Positions 18,855 to 29,000 of a DNA stretch of 64,000 bases are shown here, piece by piece. The position numbers and the translations under genes are program-made. Every line of letters starts with the position of its first letter. The first letter of the stretch is position 1. The notes below the pieces were generated by a model that worked only from the letters and a program-made list of their open reading frames with translations, made no database searches and was not told where the DNA came from. The stretch covers positions 2,112,001-2,176,000 of the forward strand of contig CBDFLE010000005.1 of the NCBI GenBank assembly GCA_965248925.1, written 5' to 3'. The DNA comes from Candidatus Multivoradales bacterium. Lineage in GTDB: Bacteria > Acidobacteriota > Thermoanaerobaculia > Multivoradales > J023.

Positions 18855-18996
18855 TTATTCGGCACGGTGCCCCCTGAACAATCCCAAGGGCCAGACGACT
18901 ACCTATGAGTCCAGGTGAAGGGGCGCAAGGCTTGCGCCCGTCCTTGGACCCGAAGTGTGTGGTATTCCTAGCTAACTACGCTACTTTTGGATGCCT

Positions 18997-19217
18997 CTGC
19001 GGAACGCATCCAGCGCGAGTCTCGCCAGCGAACTCCTGTGGTGCCAAGAAAGCGAGTGAACGCGGGCTTCCAGGCGATCAAGCACAGCCGCCCAGCGACC
19101 GCCGAGAGATCGTACCTGGCCGCCTCTCTCACCTCGCGCGACGACGCCGAGCAGACTTTCCGGGAAGTGTTCCTCGACCGCCGACGAGCGGTCCCCAGCC
19201 AGCCAGAAACGGCCGCC
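18997..19217 (-). pseudogene. Remnant copy of the S24/S26 peptidase 3' part (25617..25837)
   Basis: About 90% identical by eye; encodes WLAGDRSSAVEEHFPESLLGVVAR. Confidence 0.9.
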
Positions 19218-19343
19218 TGGCCAAAGCTCGGAGCTTCCTCGAGAAAGCCTCAAGTGGCTCAGGTCCGCCCGCAATCTAGTCGTGTTCGGCGGCGCTGGCC
19301 GCGCCTACCGCGGCGTCGAGAAGTACTTGCGCGCGGCCAAGCT

Positions 19344-22300
19344 CTATTGAGTGGCGCCCTCTTCCGTCAGGCGAATCGCCGTCACCGTGACAATATCGAA
19401 GAGATTGACCGGCAGACGCCAATCGGCCCCCGGCCAGCCGCGGAGGTGAAAGCCGCCCAACAAAGTCTTACCCAGTCGTTCAACCAGATAGCCGAGGGTG
19501 TAGAAAGAAGCCCGCGCGCGCATACTCTCGACCTGCAAACCATGCTCTTCGAGCAGCACTCTCAAGCTCTTGCGAGAATAGAAAAAGAGGTGCTCCGGCA
19601 GGGTGTAGAGATGCCAACGCCGGCCCGAGATCCGTGCCAATAGGCTACCCACATCGCCGGTGGTCAGCACCAAGCGACCGCCAAGCCGCAAGACTCGAGC
19701 CGCCTCTGAGATTGCTCCTTGAGGATCGGGAAGATGCTCGATCACATCCCACAGGGTCACCACGTCGAAAGTGGCACTGGCGTAGGAGAGCTGCACGGCG
19801 CTGCTAACCACTACCTTCCCTCCCACCCGTCGCGAGGCCTCTGCCGTGGCGGCGATCGACAAGTCGACGCCGCGCGCCCGCCAGCCCAGCTCAGCCGCCT
19901 CCTGCACGGCGTAGCCATAGGCTGCACCCACATCGAGCAAGTCTGCGCCGGGTCGCGGCAGCGGCAAACGGGCTAGCCGCTGCCTGAAGGTCGAGCGAAA
20001 GGCCTCTGCCAACTTTCCGTAGTCGTCGTAACCACTGGCCGCCTTGGCGCTAGAAAAGTACGAACCATCATAAACCGCCGCCGGATCAAAATCGTCGTCT
20101 GGCTGCCAGCTGCCTAAGCCGCACTTCGGGCAGGCAAGAATGTCCACCTTCTTTTTGCGCAGGGCGACTTCCAAGGGATGGTGAGCGCACACCGCACAGG
20201 CGGCGTCAGCTACGGAGCGACGTCGGCCCCCGAGCCAAAATATGAAAATGCAGATCAACAGGCCAACAGACGACGACACCAGTCCAAGAACAACGCTCTG
20301 GGGCCGATATTCGAAACGCACTCGATGGGTCCCCGGTGACAGCTCGACGGCGCGGAAAAGACCGTTGGCGGTCAGGATCTCGGCGCGGCGGCCGTCTACC
20401 GACGCACGCCAGCCAGGAAAGTAGCTATCAGTCAGCACCAGCAAACCGCCGCCCACCGGTGCTGCGGCCTCGATCTCGACCTGTTCCGGCGAATACTCCA
20501 CGATCCGCGCCGGCTGATGGCGCCGCTGGCGCGACCGCATCTCCGGCGGCCGATCCACCAAGACCACCCGCCACGGATCGAATTGATTCCTGGCAACCCG
20601 CGACAGAGCCTCTTCCCGAGTCGCGACTTCGAATTGAGTCGCGACATAAGTTCGGGGTAGAGCGTCTTCATTAGTATAAGTCTGCAAGCTGGCGCGCGGA
20701 TGCGGCCTCGGCTTGGGACCCGGCCCGGTTCGGTCTCCCCTGATGGCCTCGGCTGGCACAACCCGAACACGGAGACCAACGCTGAAGACATCGAGCAACG
20801 TCCGGCCCTGCTTGATCGGCAGAGAGGTGAGCGGAAACCGCGGCTCAGTTCCGCTGATCAGCTGATGCACGCGGGAAATTCTGGCAGGAGCCAGGGGTTC
20901 GAGACAAGAGAGAAACTGGATCTGATCGTGAGGCACCCGGCCCATCTTCGGCATCAGTCCGGCCAAGGCCAGGCGCTGGCCGTCCAAGCTCTCCGCCAAT
21001 TGATCCATTTGCTGATCGTCGAGAAAAACATACTCACGGCTGTAAGACTGAAGCCAACCGACGGCAAGCTGCCGCAGCGAGCCGCCGGCCGGCCTGGTGG
21101 CTTGCGCCAGGTCAGCCACCAAGAAGGCCAGCAAGACGAAGGCACAGACCGTCGCCAGCTGCCGGCGGCGACGCCCCCAAACCGCCACGACGGCAGCGAT
21201 GGCAACCGCCACCAGCCAGCGCTCGAAGGCGCCCGGCTCGCCCAGCCTGACCATCGCCACGGAGATTAACAAGATTCCGACTAGCGCTGCCCAGCGCCCC
21301 CAACGCCAGCGCGCTGCGGCGAACCCGCGCGCGACTTGATCTAACCCGGCGGCCGCCAGAACAAGAGCCGCGAAGAAACTCAGCAGGCGCAAGCGCTCCG
21401 GATCGCGAAACATACCTGCTGCCGGCAGCCAACCGAAGAGCCTTGCTGCCGGACCATGATGACCTTCAGACAACAGCAAAGCCGCCGCCCCAAGGCATAA
21501 AAAGAACCACAGGCGTGCTCGGCGTGCTCCCCCCGCTAGACCTAAGATGATCAACAGCAAGGTCGCGGTACCGATGTAACCCGCTCTATTAAGGTACGAA
21601 AAAAACGGCACTCTGGGCCGCGGGTCTAGCGCATTGCGCAGCAGCCGCGCGCTGCTGAGGGGATTCCCTAGGTAATGCACCTGAGCGGAGTCGAGTTCGC
21701 TCTGGCGGGTGCTCTGACGCACCAACTCGAGAGTCGGAATCACCTGCGCACCGGCCAGCAAGCCGGCAATTCCAGCCGCCGCCGCCAAACGGCCAATGCT
21801 CGGCCAGCACGCTCGCCAACCAGCACCCTCTCGTGCCTTGGCAACCAACCGCAGCAAGGCATAGGGCACCAACAAATAGACCGTGTAAAGCACAAATTGA
21901 GGGAACCCCGCCAACACCTGCAGCGCGGCCACGATCGCTAACCCCATCACCGTGCGCCAGCTACTATTTTCAACCACCCGGTCGACGCCCAACACCAACA
22001 ACGGCAACCAGACCAGCGCTGAAAGGGATGAAGGCCACAAGCTCCGGCCGAGGGCGAAAGCAAAAACAAAGAGAATGCCACCCGCCGCCGCCGCTACCGA
22101 ACGGTAGCCCCAGGAACGTAGCAGCCAAGCGGTAAAAAGACCCGCTAGAAGAGTCTCAAGCAATACACGCAAGGCGATCGCCTCACCTGTCGGCAGTACC
22201 AAAGTGAGCCAAGTAAAGGGGTAGAAGACCCCGACTTGCAGCGTCGCCAGCAAGGGCAAGCCGCCGCAGTGATAGGGATTCCACAGCGGTAGCTCACCAG

Positions 22301-22436
22301 CTCGAAGGCGGCTCGCCGCAAGGTCGGTTACCGGCAAGTAGTAGTTCAGCAGGTCGAAAGGAAAAATGCTGCCGGTGGCGCCTGGCGGAGCATTGAATCG
22401 CCACCAGAGGAAGGTCGTCGCCGCCACCACCACCAT
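19344..22436 (-). CDS. YfhO-family (GT-C-like) membrane protein fused to a class I SAM methyltransferase
   Basis: GELPLWNPY..GLPLLA..GVFYP, many TMs, LVLTDSYFPGWRASVDG..ANGLFRAV (YfhO C-terminus); then CxxC..CxxC, LLDVGAAYG and DVIEHLPDP. Start codon uncertain. Confidence 0.88.
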   Translation of the reverse strand: MVVVAATTFLWWRFNAPPGATGSIFPFDLLNYYLPVTDLAASRLRAGELPLWNPYHCGGLPLLATLQVGVFYPFTWLTLVLPTGEAIALRVLLETLLAGLFTAWLLRSWGYRSVAAAAGGILFVFAFALGRSLWPSSLSALVWLPLLVLGVDRVVENSSWRTVMGLAIVAALQVLAGFPQFVLYTVYLLVPYALLRLVAKAREGAGWRACWPSIGRLAAAAGIAGLLAGAQVIPTLELVRQSTRQSELDSAQVHYLGNPLSSARLLRNALDPRPRVPFFSYLNRAGYIGTATLLLIILGLAGGARRARLWFFLCLGAAALLLSEGHHGPAARLFGWLPAAGMFRDPERLRLLSFFAALVLAAAGLDQVARGFAAARWRWGRWAALVGILLISVAMVRLGEPGAFERWLVAVAIAAVVAVWGRRRRQLATVCAFVLLAFLVADLAQATRPAGGSLRQLAVGWLQSYSREYVFLDDQQMDQLAESLDGQRLALAGLMPKMGRVPHDQIQFLSCLEPLAPARISRVHQLISGTEPRFPLTSLPIKQGRTLLDVFSVGLRVRVVPAEAIRGDRTGPGPKPRPHPRASLQTYTNEDALPRTYVATQFEVATREEALSRVARNQFDPWRVVLVDRPPEMRSRQRRHQPARIVEYSPEQVEIEAAAPVGGGLLVLTDSYFPGWRASVDGRRAEILTANGLFRAVELSPGTHRVRFEYRPQSVVLGLVSSSVGLLICIFIFWLGGRRRSVADAACAVCAHHPLEVALRKKKVDILACPKCGLGSWQPDDDFDPAAVYDGSYFSSAKAASGYDDYGKLAEAFRSTFRQRLARLPLPRPGADLLDVGAAYGYAVQEAAELGWRARGVDLSIAATAEASRRVGGKVVVSSAVQLSYASATFDVVTLWDVIEHLPDPQGAISEAARVLRLGGRLVLTTGDVGSLLARISGRRWHLYTLPEHLFFYSRKSLRVLLEEHGLQVESMRARASFYTLGYLVERLGKTLLGGFHLRGWPGADWRLPVNLFDIVTVTAIRLTEEGATQ

Positions 22437-22606
22437 CGCTGTCAGCAGCCAGCCACCCCTCGTTTCTAGCCCTACGGCTCGCCCATCTTTGGTGGTTGGA
22501 ATTGGTCGTCTCCTTGCAGCAGCCGCGAACCTCGATCGGGCCCAATAGCGCGCGAACTCTCGCGGCGGCTGACCATATCATCGCCGCCAGATGAACATCC
22601 TGAACC

Positions 22607-22634
22607 TGCGGGGTGCGGGGTGCGGGGTGCGGGG
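22607..22634 (+). repeat. (TGCGGGG)x4 tandem repeat
   Basis: Four perfect 7-bp units in the divergent intergenic region. Confidence 0.9.
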
Positions 22635-22805
22635 TTTGATAGCAGCTGATGACCCAACCATGGAACCCTGTCTGGCGCCGCCGGCCAAACGAGACGGGGG
22701 CGCATGCACGGAATCAATCATCTTGAGGGTTATGCTACGATAGCTTGAACTCAGCTCGGCGATCTAGCCGCTACCGCAACAGAAGTACATCCAAGGAGTT
22801 AACTC

Positions 22806-25511
22806 ATGCGGCACCTTTGTGTAATCACAGCCTCGATCTTGGTATTTTTCCTCGGCCCTGGCGCCCGCGCTCAGGATTGGCAAGAACTAGGCCCTGCACC
22901 GGCCACCAACACTACCGACAATGGCGGAGAAACCAGCAAGGTCTCGGCCCTGGTGGTCAGCCCCAGCGATTCTGATCGCTACTTCGTCGGCGGCGCCGCC
23001 GGGGGGGTTTGGCGAACCACCGATGGTGGCCAGTCCTGGAGTCCGCTGACCGACCGCTTGCCGAGTTCGGCGATTGGCGCCTTGGCCCTCGATCCTAGCA
23101 ACGAGAACATCATCTACGCTGGCTCGGGAGAGTCCAACAACCGACCCAACAGCCTCTACGGCTTAGGACTCTACAAGAGCGTCAACGGCGGCAACAGCTG
23201 GGAGGTGTTGGCGACGCAGACCTTCGCTGGCCGCACTTTCTCTCGCTTGGCGGTGTCGTCCCAGAACGGCAATCTGGTGTGGGCCGCGGTGGCACCGGCT
23301 GGCATCGACCTGCAGAGAACTGGCAGGGAGGCCATGGAGGGGGCGCGGCAGCACCCGCGACGCAACGGCAGGGTGGGTATCTTCCGTTCACGGGACGCTG
23401 GCCAGACCTGGACCGCGGTGGCTAGCGGCCTGCCACCGATCGCGGCCAGTGACGTGGTCTTGGATCCGCAGCGGAGCTCGCGCGTCTACGTTGCCTTCGG
23501 CGATGCTTATGGCGACTCGAGAAACGGCGTCTACCGTAGCACCGACGGGGGCTCGAGCTTTACTCGCGTACTGGCCCCGGAACCGGACGCCGACGGCCGT
23601 ATCTTCCTCGCCATGGCGCCATCAGACCATAACCGCCTCTACGCACTCATCGCGAGATTCGGCCAGCCCGTGCCGGGCTCTGCCAGCACCCGCGGCTTCT
23701 ACCGCTCGGACGATGGTGGCGATTCCTGGACCCAGCTCAGTCCCACTGTTGAAATACATGAAGGGCTGGGGGCCAACGTTGGTGCCATCATCGTCCATCC
23801 CACCGACCCGGACCTGCTGTTCGTGGCCGGCAATTCTCTCTTTCGGTCGCGGAATGGTGGACTTGATTTGACTAAGCTCCTGTTACCCATAGCCAACGTG
23901 CGTCGAGGCGTACACGCCCTCGCCATCGATCCGGCCGGCAATGTGTTGGTGGCCACCAACGGTGGTGTTTTTCGCTCCTCGGACCAGGGAGATAGCTGGC
24001 AGGCACGTAACAACCGGCTCGGCCTAACCCGCTTCAATGCCGGTCTTTCTGTGCATGCTTCGGATCCCAACTTGATTGTTGGTGGAACCGGGGCGGGCTC
24101 GGTGGTCTACACCGGCAATGGCCTTGAATGGCGCCGTATTATTCGCAACATCGGCGGCTATACAACTATCCATCCGAACGACCCAGGAACCATCCTGGCG
24201 CAAACTCCGGTCACCGGCAGCATCTTTCGCTTTTTCAACGGCAGGAGCCCGAGGTTTTCCGGTGAAGGCATCACAATCGCTGAGCACGCCTCCTTTCTAA
24301 GTCCCATGCTCTTGGACCCGCAAGATCCGAATCGGATTCTCTACGCCAGCCATCTGATCTACGAAACTAACGACCACGGCAATACCTGGCAGGCGATCAG
24401 TGAAGATCTCACCGGCGGCTCTCCGGCTGGTATCAGGGCCTTGGCGATAGCCCCTTCGAACTCCAACACGGTATACGCCACCACCACCGATGGCCGCCTC
24501 TTGACCAGCACCGATGGCGGTCACACCTTTCCGCCGCGCTTGGACGCGGAAGTCGGCTGGGCACTGGCGACGCGCCAGATTGCGGTAGATCCCTTGAACG
24601 ACAGGCGCGCCTACGTGGCCATTGGCCGCTTCGGTGGCGCCAGCATCCTGGCCACCACCGACCGCGGCCTGACTTGGGGAGACATCGGTCAGGGCCTGCC
24701 CAACCGACCGGTCAATGCCCTGGCGGTCCACCGTCGTGGCAGCGCGCGCTTCATCTTCGCCGGCACCGACAGCGGCGTTTGGTTGAGTTCGGACAATGGC
24801 GCCAGCTGGAGCGAATACGGCCAGCTTCCTAGATCCCCGGTGCAGGATTTGGTGGTCGATACCTTCCATGACCGCCTGCTCGCCACCACCCTTGGCCGAG
24901 GTGCCTGGAGCACCAGTCTGCCAACCGGCTCGGGAGGCGGACCCGGCCCCGGCGGTTGTCAGGAACCCTTGGGCTCGGGACGTTTTTGCTCCGCCTGTGG
25001 GCCCTGCAGCCAAGGCGAAGGCGATTGCGACAACGACGCCGAGTGTCAAACTGGTCTCAGCTGCGCCCAGAATGTCGGCGCCGACTTCGGCTTCCCACCG
25101 GCGGTAGACGTCTGTGTCGATGGCGGTGGCGGTGGCGGTGGACCCTCGACCTGCCCAGTCCCCCAGGGCAACGGTCGCTTCTGCACCGTGTGCGGGCCTT
25201 GTGGCCCGGGCGAGGGCGACTGCGACAACAACGCCGAGTGCCAGAGCGGCTTAACCTGCGCTCAGAATGTCGGCGCCGACTTCGGCTTCCCACCGGCGGT
25301 AGACGTCTGCATCGGCGACGGCGGACCCGCGGTCTGCCCGCTGCCGGCTGGCAATGGCCGCTTCTGCACCGAGTGCGGCCCTTGCGGCCAGGGTCAAGGG
25401 GATTGCGACAACGACGCCGAGTGCCAGAGCGGTCTGATCTGCGCCCAGAACGTGGGGGCTGACTTTGGCTTCCCGCCCGCGGTCGACGTCTGCGTCGCTA
25501 GCCAACCTTAG
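22806..25511 (+). CDS. Secreted BNR/Asp-box (VPS10-like) beta-propeller protein with three C-terminal Cys-rich repeats
   Basis: AAGGAG RBS, signal peptide, repeated SxDxGxTW Asp-boxes, and 3 copies of C..GRFC..CGPC..G.GDCDN.AECQ.GL.CAQNVGADFGFPPAVDVC. Confidence 0.9.
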   Translation: MRHLCVITASILVFFLGPGARAQDWQELGPAPATNTTDNGGETSKVSALVVSPSDSDRYFVGGAAGGVWRTTDGGQSWSPLTDRLPSSAIGALALDPSNENIIYAGSGESNNRPNSLYGLGLYKSVNGGNSWEVLATQTFAGRTFSRLAVSSQNGNLVWAAVAPAGIDLQRTGREAMEGARQHPRRNGRVGIFRSRDAGQTWTAVASGLPPIAASDVVLDPQRSSRVYVAFGDAYGDSRNGVYRSTDGGSSFTRVLAPEPDADGRIFLAMAPSDHNRLYALIARFGQPVPGSASTRGFYRSDDGGDSWTQLSPTVEIHEGLGANVGAIIVHPTDPDLLFVAGNSLFRSRNGGLDLTKLLLPIANVRRGVHALAIDPAGNVLVATNGGVFRSSDQGDSWQARNNRLGLTRFNAGLSVHASDPNLIVGGTGAGSVVYTGNGLEWRRIIRNIGGYTTIHPNDPGTILAQTPVTGSIFRFFNGRSPRFSGEGITIAEHASFLSPMLLDPQDPNRILYASHLIYETNDHGNTWQAISEDLTGGSPAGIRALAIAPSNSNTVYATTTDGRLLTSTDGGHTFPPRLDAEVGWALATRQIAVDPLNDRRAYVAIGRFGGASILATTDRGLTWGDIGQGLPNRPVNALAVHRRGSARFIFAGTDSGVWLSSDNGASWSEYGQLPRSPVQDLVVDTFHDRLLATTLGRGAWSTSLPTGSGGGPGPGGCQEPLGSGRFCSACGPCSQGEGDCDNDAECQTGLSCAQNVGADFGFPPAVDVCVDGGGGGGGPSTCPVPQGNGRFCTVCGPCGPGEGDCDNNAECQSGLTCAQNVGADFGFPPAVDVCIGDGGPAVCPLPAGNGRFCTECGPCGQGQGDCDNDAECQSGLICAQNVGADFGFPPAVDVCVASQP
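24957..25493 (+). repeat. Three intragenic Cys-rich repeats of about 53 aa
   Basis: Near-identical DNA units separated by Gly-Pro linkers. Confidence 0.9.
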
Positions 25512-25570
25512 TCCCTTTGGATCGCGCTCAGCCTAACCACTGAGCGCGGTCGCTCGAGCTAGCTTGGGAA

Positions 25571-26077
25571 TCAGGAAGGGGCGACCCAGGCGAGACTGCG
25601 CAACTCAAGAATTGTTCTGCGGAACGCATCCAGCACAAGTCTCGCCAGCGATCTCCCGTGGCGCCAAGTAAGCAAGTGAAGGCGGGCTTCCAGGTGATCG
25701 AGCACAGCCGCCCAGCAACCGCCGAGAGATCGTACTTGGCCGCCTCTCTCAACCCGCGCGACGACGCCGAGCAGGCTTTCCGGGAAGTGTTCCTCGACCG
25801 TCGACGAGCGGTCTCCAGCCAGCCAGACACGGCCGCCAGCTTGCCTCAAGATCCGGTGACATACCAGATCGCCAGTAGCGGTTCTAGCCAGCACGATGCT
25901 GCCGCGCCGAGCCGCGGCGGGCGGCAAGATCTCGACCCAATCGCCACCTCGAATCAGCGGTTCCATCGAACGACCGCGAACTCGCAGTCGGCCCGGCTGG
26001 TTGGCCCTGAGGGCGCGGGCCAAGAGCCGCTGGGCAAGCGCTGCCATGCTCGGGTCGGTCACGGTCAGGTCGATCAC
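25571..26077 (-). CDS. S24/S26-family peptidase
   Basis: RVRGRSMEPLIRGGD (catalytic Ser), LVCHRI and LAGD motifs. Start uncertain (GTG near 26077 or ATG near 26047). Confidence 0.8.
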   Translation of the reverse strand: MIDLTVTDPSMAALAQRLLARALRANQPGRLRVRGRSMEPLIRGGDWVEILPPAAARRGSIVLARTATGDLVCHRILRQAGGRVWLAGDRSSTVEEHFPESLLGVVARVERGGQVRSLGGCWAAVLDHLEARLHLLTWRHGRSLARLVLDAFRRTILELRSLAWVAPS

Positions 26078-26091
26078 GGTCAGGCTTGGTC

Positions 26092-29000
26092 CTACCACCG
26101 GCTGGTATCGCCCGATTCGAAACCATCGGCGAAAATCAGCTGCCTTGCTGCCCGCACCACCCACCCGAACCGCCGCACGGAGCCGTTCATCGCAAAGGTG
26201 TAGCTTCCTTCCCCTGCCACCGCGATCCGCTCACCGGTCCGCAAGTCGGTCAGCACCGAGCCGAGGAGGCGCGAGCTTGGCCCCTGCCAACCCAGCGTCA
26301 CTTGTGCCTCAGGATCTGAAGAGCGGACTTCGAAGCTCCAGGCGTCCGCCGCGGATTCGTCCTGCAGAGGATGGTAGTCGGACCCATAGTCGCCAGCATG
26401 ATTACCCCAGTTAGCATGCGGGAACACCACCGTTAGATAAGCATCTCCAAACGGAACCAGCTCTTCGAGATCGTGAGAATCGAAGCCTTGGGCACTGTCG
26501 GCCAGCTGCCCGAAAACGTTGCTGACATCCCGCAACGCTCCGGATTCGGCGGTTAGGCGGATGTACCAACCATTCGCCAAAGCCGACTTTGGGTTACCGC
26601 AAGGCAGCCCCGGCCCGCCGGCAAAAGCGGGGATGCGCAAGCTGATGCCACTCTTCACCGCCGACACCCAGAAACCGTCCCAAGGCACTGTCGTGCCTTC
26701 CATCCCCAGGGTGGTGCCGTCGAAGGTCGCATAAGAAGCGCCGGTCCATTTGTGAGCGATCCGCGACATGACGCAGCCATTGGCGGCGGCGCTCGCTGCT
26801 TGGCAAGCTCCACCCAGGTCCGCCTCGGCCAGGCTCAGCGTGTTGGCGCCATCGACCACCTGCACATCCGCCCAGCAGACGTCGTAGGGATGCGGATGGC
26901 CCACCATGTTGCAGCGACCGGCGGAGTTGCCACAGCCGGCCGGCGAATCGGCGGTGCTGGTCACCAGCGCAATGTCCGAAACCGGGCTGAAGGTCGAACC
27001 CGTGTCGACGGTCGGTGCCACCAAGTTGGTGATGATCCAATAGGCCTCGCCCACATTCAAAATATCGGTGGTGGCCATTTGAACGTAGTTCTGTGCCACC
27101 GCGTCGCGGCGGAAGACCACCCAGTTCGTGCCATAGATACCGGATAGATCGTCGCCGAAAACCTGGGCAACAGTATTCAGCCCACCTGGATTACAGGCCA
27201 GCGAGATCTGCTTCCACTGATTGGGGACTAGGTCGACGGTCTGGTTGCACTGATTGTGGATTTGGAAGCTGGCGGAATCAAGCTTCCAAGCACCACGGCC
27301 CAAGGTGCCCGCCGCAAGAACGTCGTCAGCAGAGTCGTAATCGAGATTGAAGACCGCTGCGTTGGGCAGGGCTGCCAGCCGATCCCAGAGGGTGAAGCCA
27401 CTGCCTGCCAGAGCGACAAAAACACCGGCCGTGCCGCCCACCACCAGGCCATCGCCCGCAGCGCTGGGCAGGTACTCGATCGAGCGCAAGATGCCGGGGT
27501 TGAAGGTCTGCAAATTACCCGTGATGTCGGTCCAGCTGATGTTGCCGTTGGTAGTGCGAAACACTTGGTTGGCGTCGATGACAAAAGCAGCGGCCGAACT
27601 GGCCGGATCCATCACCACCCCAGCAATATTGTCGGTGCTAGCGCCATCGGGGTCGGTGGCGCGAAACCCGGCGCCGGCGGTAGTGGAGATGACAAACTGG
27701 CCACCGACAAAGTAAAAGGCACTGGCATCGCCGATAGCACCGTAGTCCATCGGTCCACCACCATCGAGGAAGTTGATCCCGCCGCCGCTAACCAGCTGAG
27801 TTACCGTGTTGAGCCGGTCGAGGCTCTCGTAGAGGCCGTTGCCGGCGCCGAGGATAACTCGCGACGGAGTGATGGCGTTGACCTTGAGCGGGGTGATGAA
27901 CTGGGGCGCCACCGCCGGCGACCCGCCCAGCGGGGTCAAGGTTGGGAAGACGAAGCTCTGCAAGACGTTGCTGGAGTCGTAGACCACCCGCACCAGGTTG
28001 CCTAGATTCTGCGCGCTCACGTAGCGGGTCGACTGACCGACGACCGGATCGTTGGCCGCCACCGCTACATCGCCGCCGTCACCGCCGAGCAATGCCTCCC
28101 AAAGCACATTGCCGGGAGTGGTCTGAATCGTTGTCCCGTTGTCCTGATTGCCCGAGACGAGAACATTGGAGACCGTGTCGTAGGCGCTGTCGTGCTGCTC
28201 ATTGACCGGCAAGTTACCGATCACCGAAAGCCAGTCGCCGGTCGAACCATTGGGATCGCTATGCCGGTAGATCCCACCGTCGTCGGTTTGGATGAGGTCG
28301 CCGTTGGCGTCAAAGACCAGCTCTCGCGAGTCGGCGTGGGGGGCCGGATCGCTGACCGTGCGAATGGCACCGCCACAGGCCGCGCTGGCCGTGGAGCAGT
28401 TGGTGATCGGCGTCGCCTGGCTGCCCAGCGGTTGGCCGGCGTCGACCCGGAACAGGCGGCCACCAAAATTACTGGCGCCGATCGAGTTGGGGAACTGCAC
28501 TCCCGGCATGCCGTTCTCGTTGTTGGCGGGTTGTCGGTCGCCGCCGAGGAAGACCACATTGTGGTTGCTGGGATCGGCGGCGATCGACATGTGGATACCG
28601 CATTGACCGCCGGGGTGAATGCCGAAAGAAGTGCCCATCTCGGTGGTCGAAGGCAGATCGAGAGTCGTCCAGGTTGCCCCGGCGTTGCCTGAACGAAAAA
28701 GCCCGGCCAGACGACCAGCGCTGCAGATGGCGGCGAAAACGTTGGCGCCGGCACCGCCCGCCGTACCAACACTGATCTCGACCCGGCTGGGACAGGTCGG
28801 AAACAGCAGAGCGTCCATCGCCGCGTTGCTCACCTTGGTCCAAGTTGCACCGGTGTCGGTGCTGCGGTAAACAGCACCGCTGCCGCCTTGAGTGCCGGAA
28901 GTGAATAGCCGGGTGTTGTCGGTAGGGTCGCTGGCCAGATCGAAAGACAGTCCGCAGGGCAATCCGGTCACGCCCACGTTGTTCGAAATCTGGGTGAAGC

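Noticed and set aside
24957-25493. CRISPR-like repeat array
   Set aside because: The repeats are in-frame protein-coding units of about 160 bp. There are no unique spacers and no cas genes.
18749-25514. DGR template/variable repeat pair (18749-18854 vs the C-terminus of the BNR gene)
   Set aside because: Mismatches are not confined to adenines (many are C/T), there is no reverse transcriptase, and the adjacent peptidase fragment is duplicated too.
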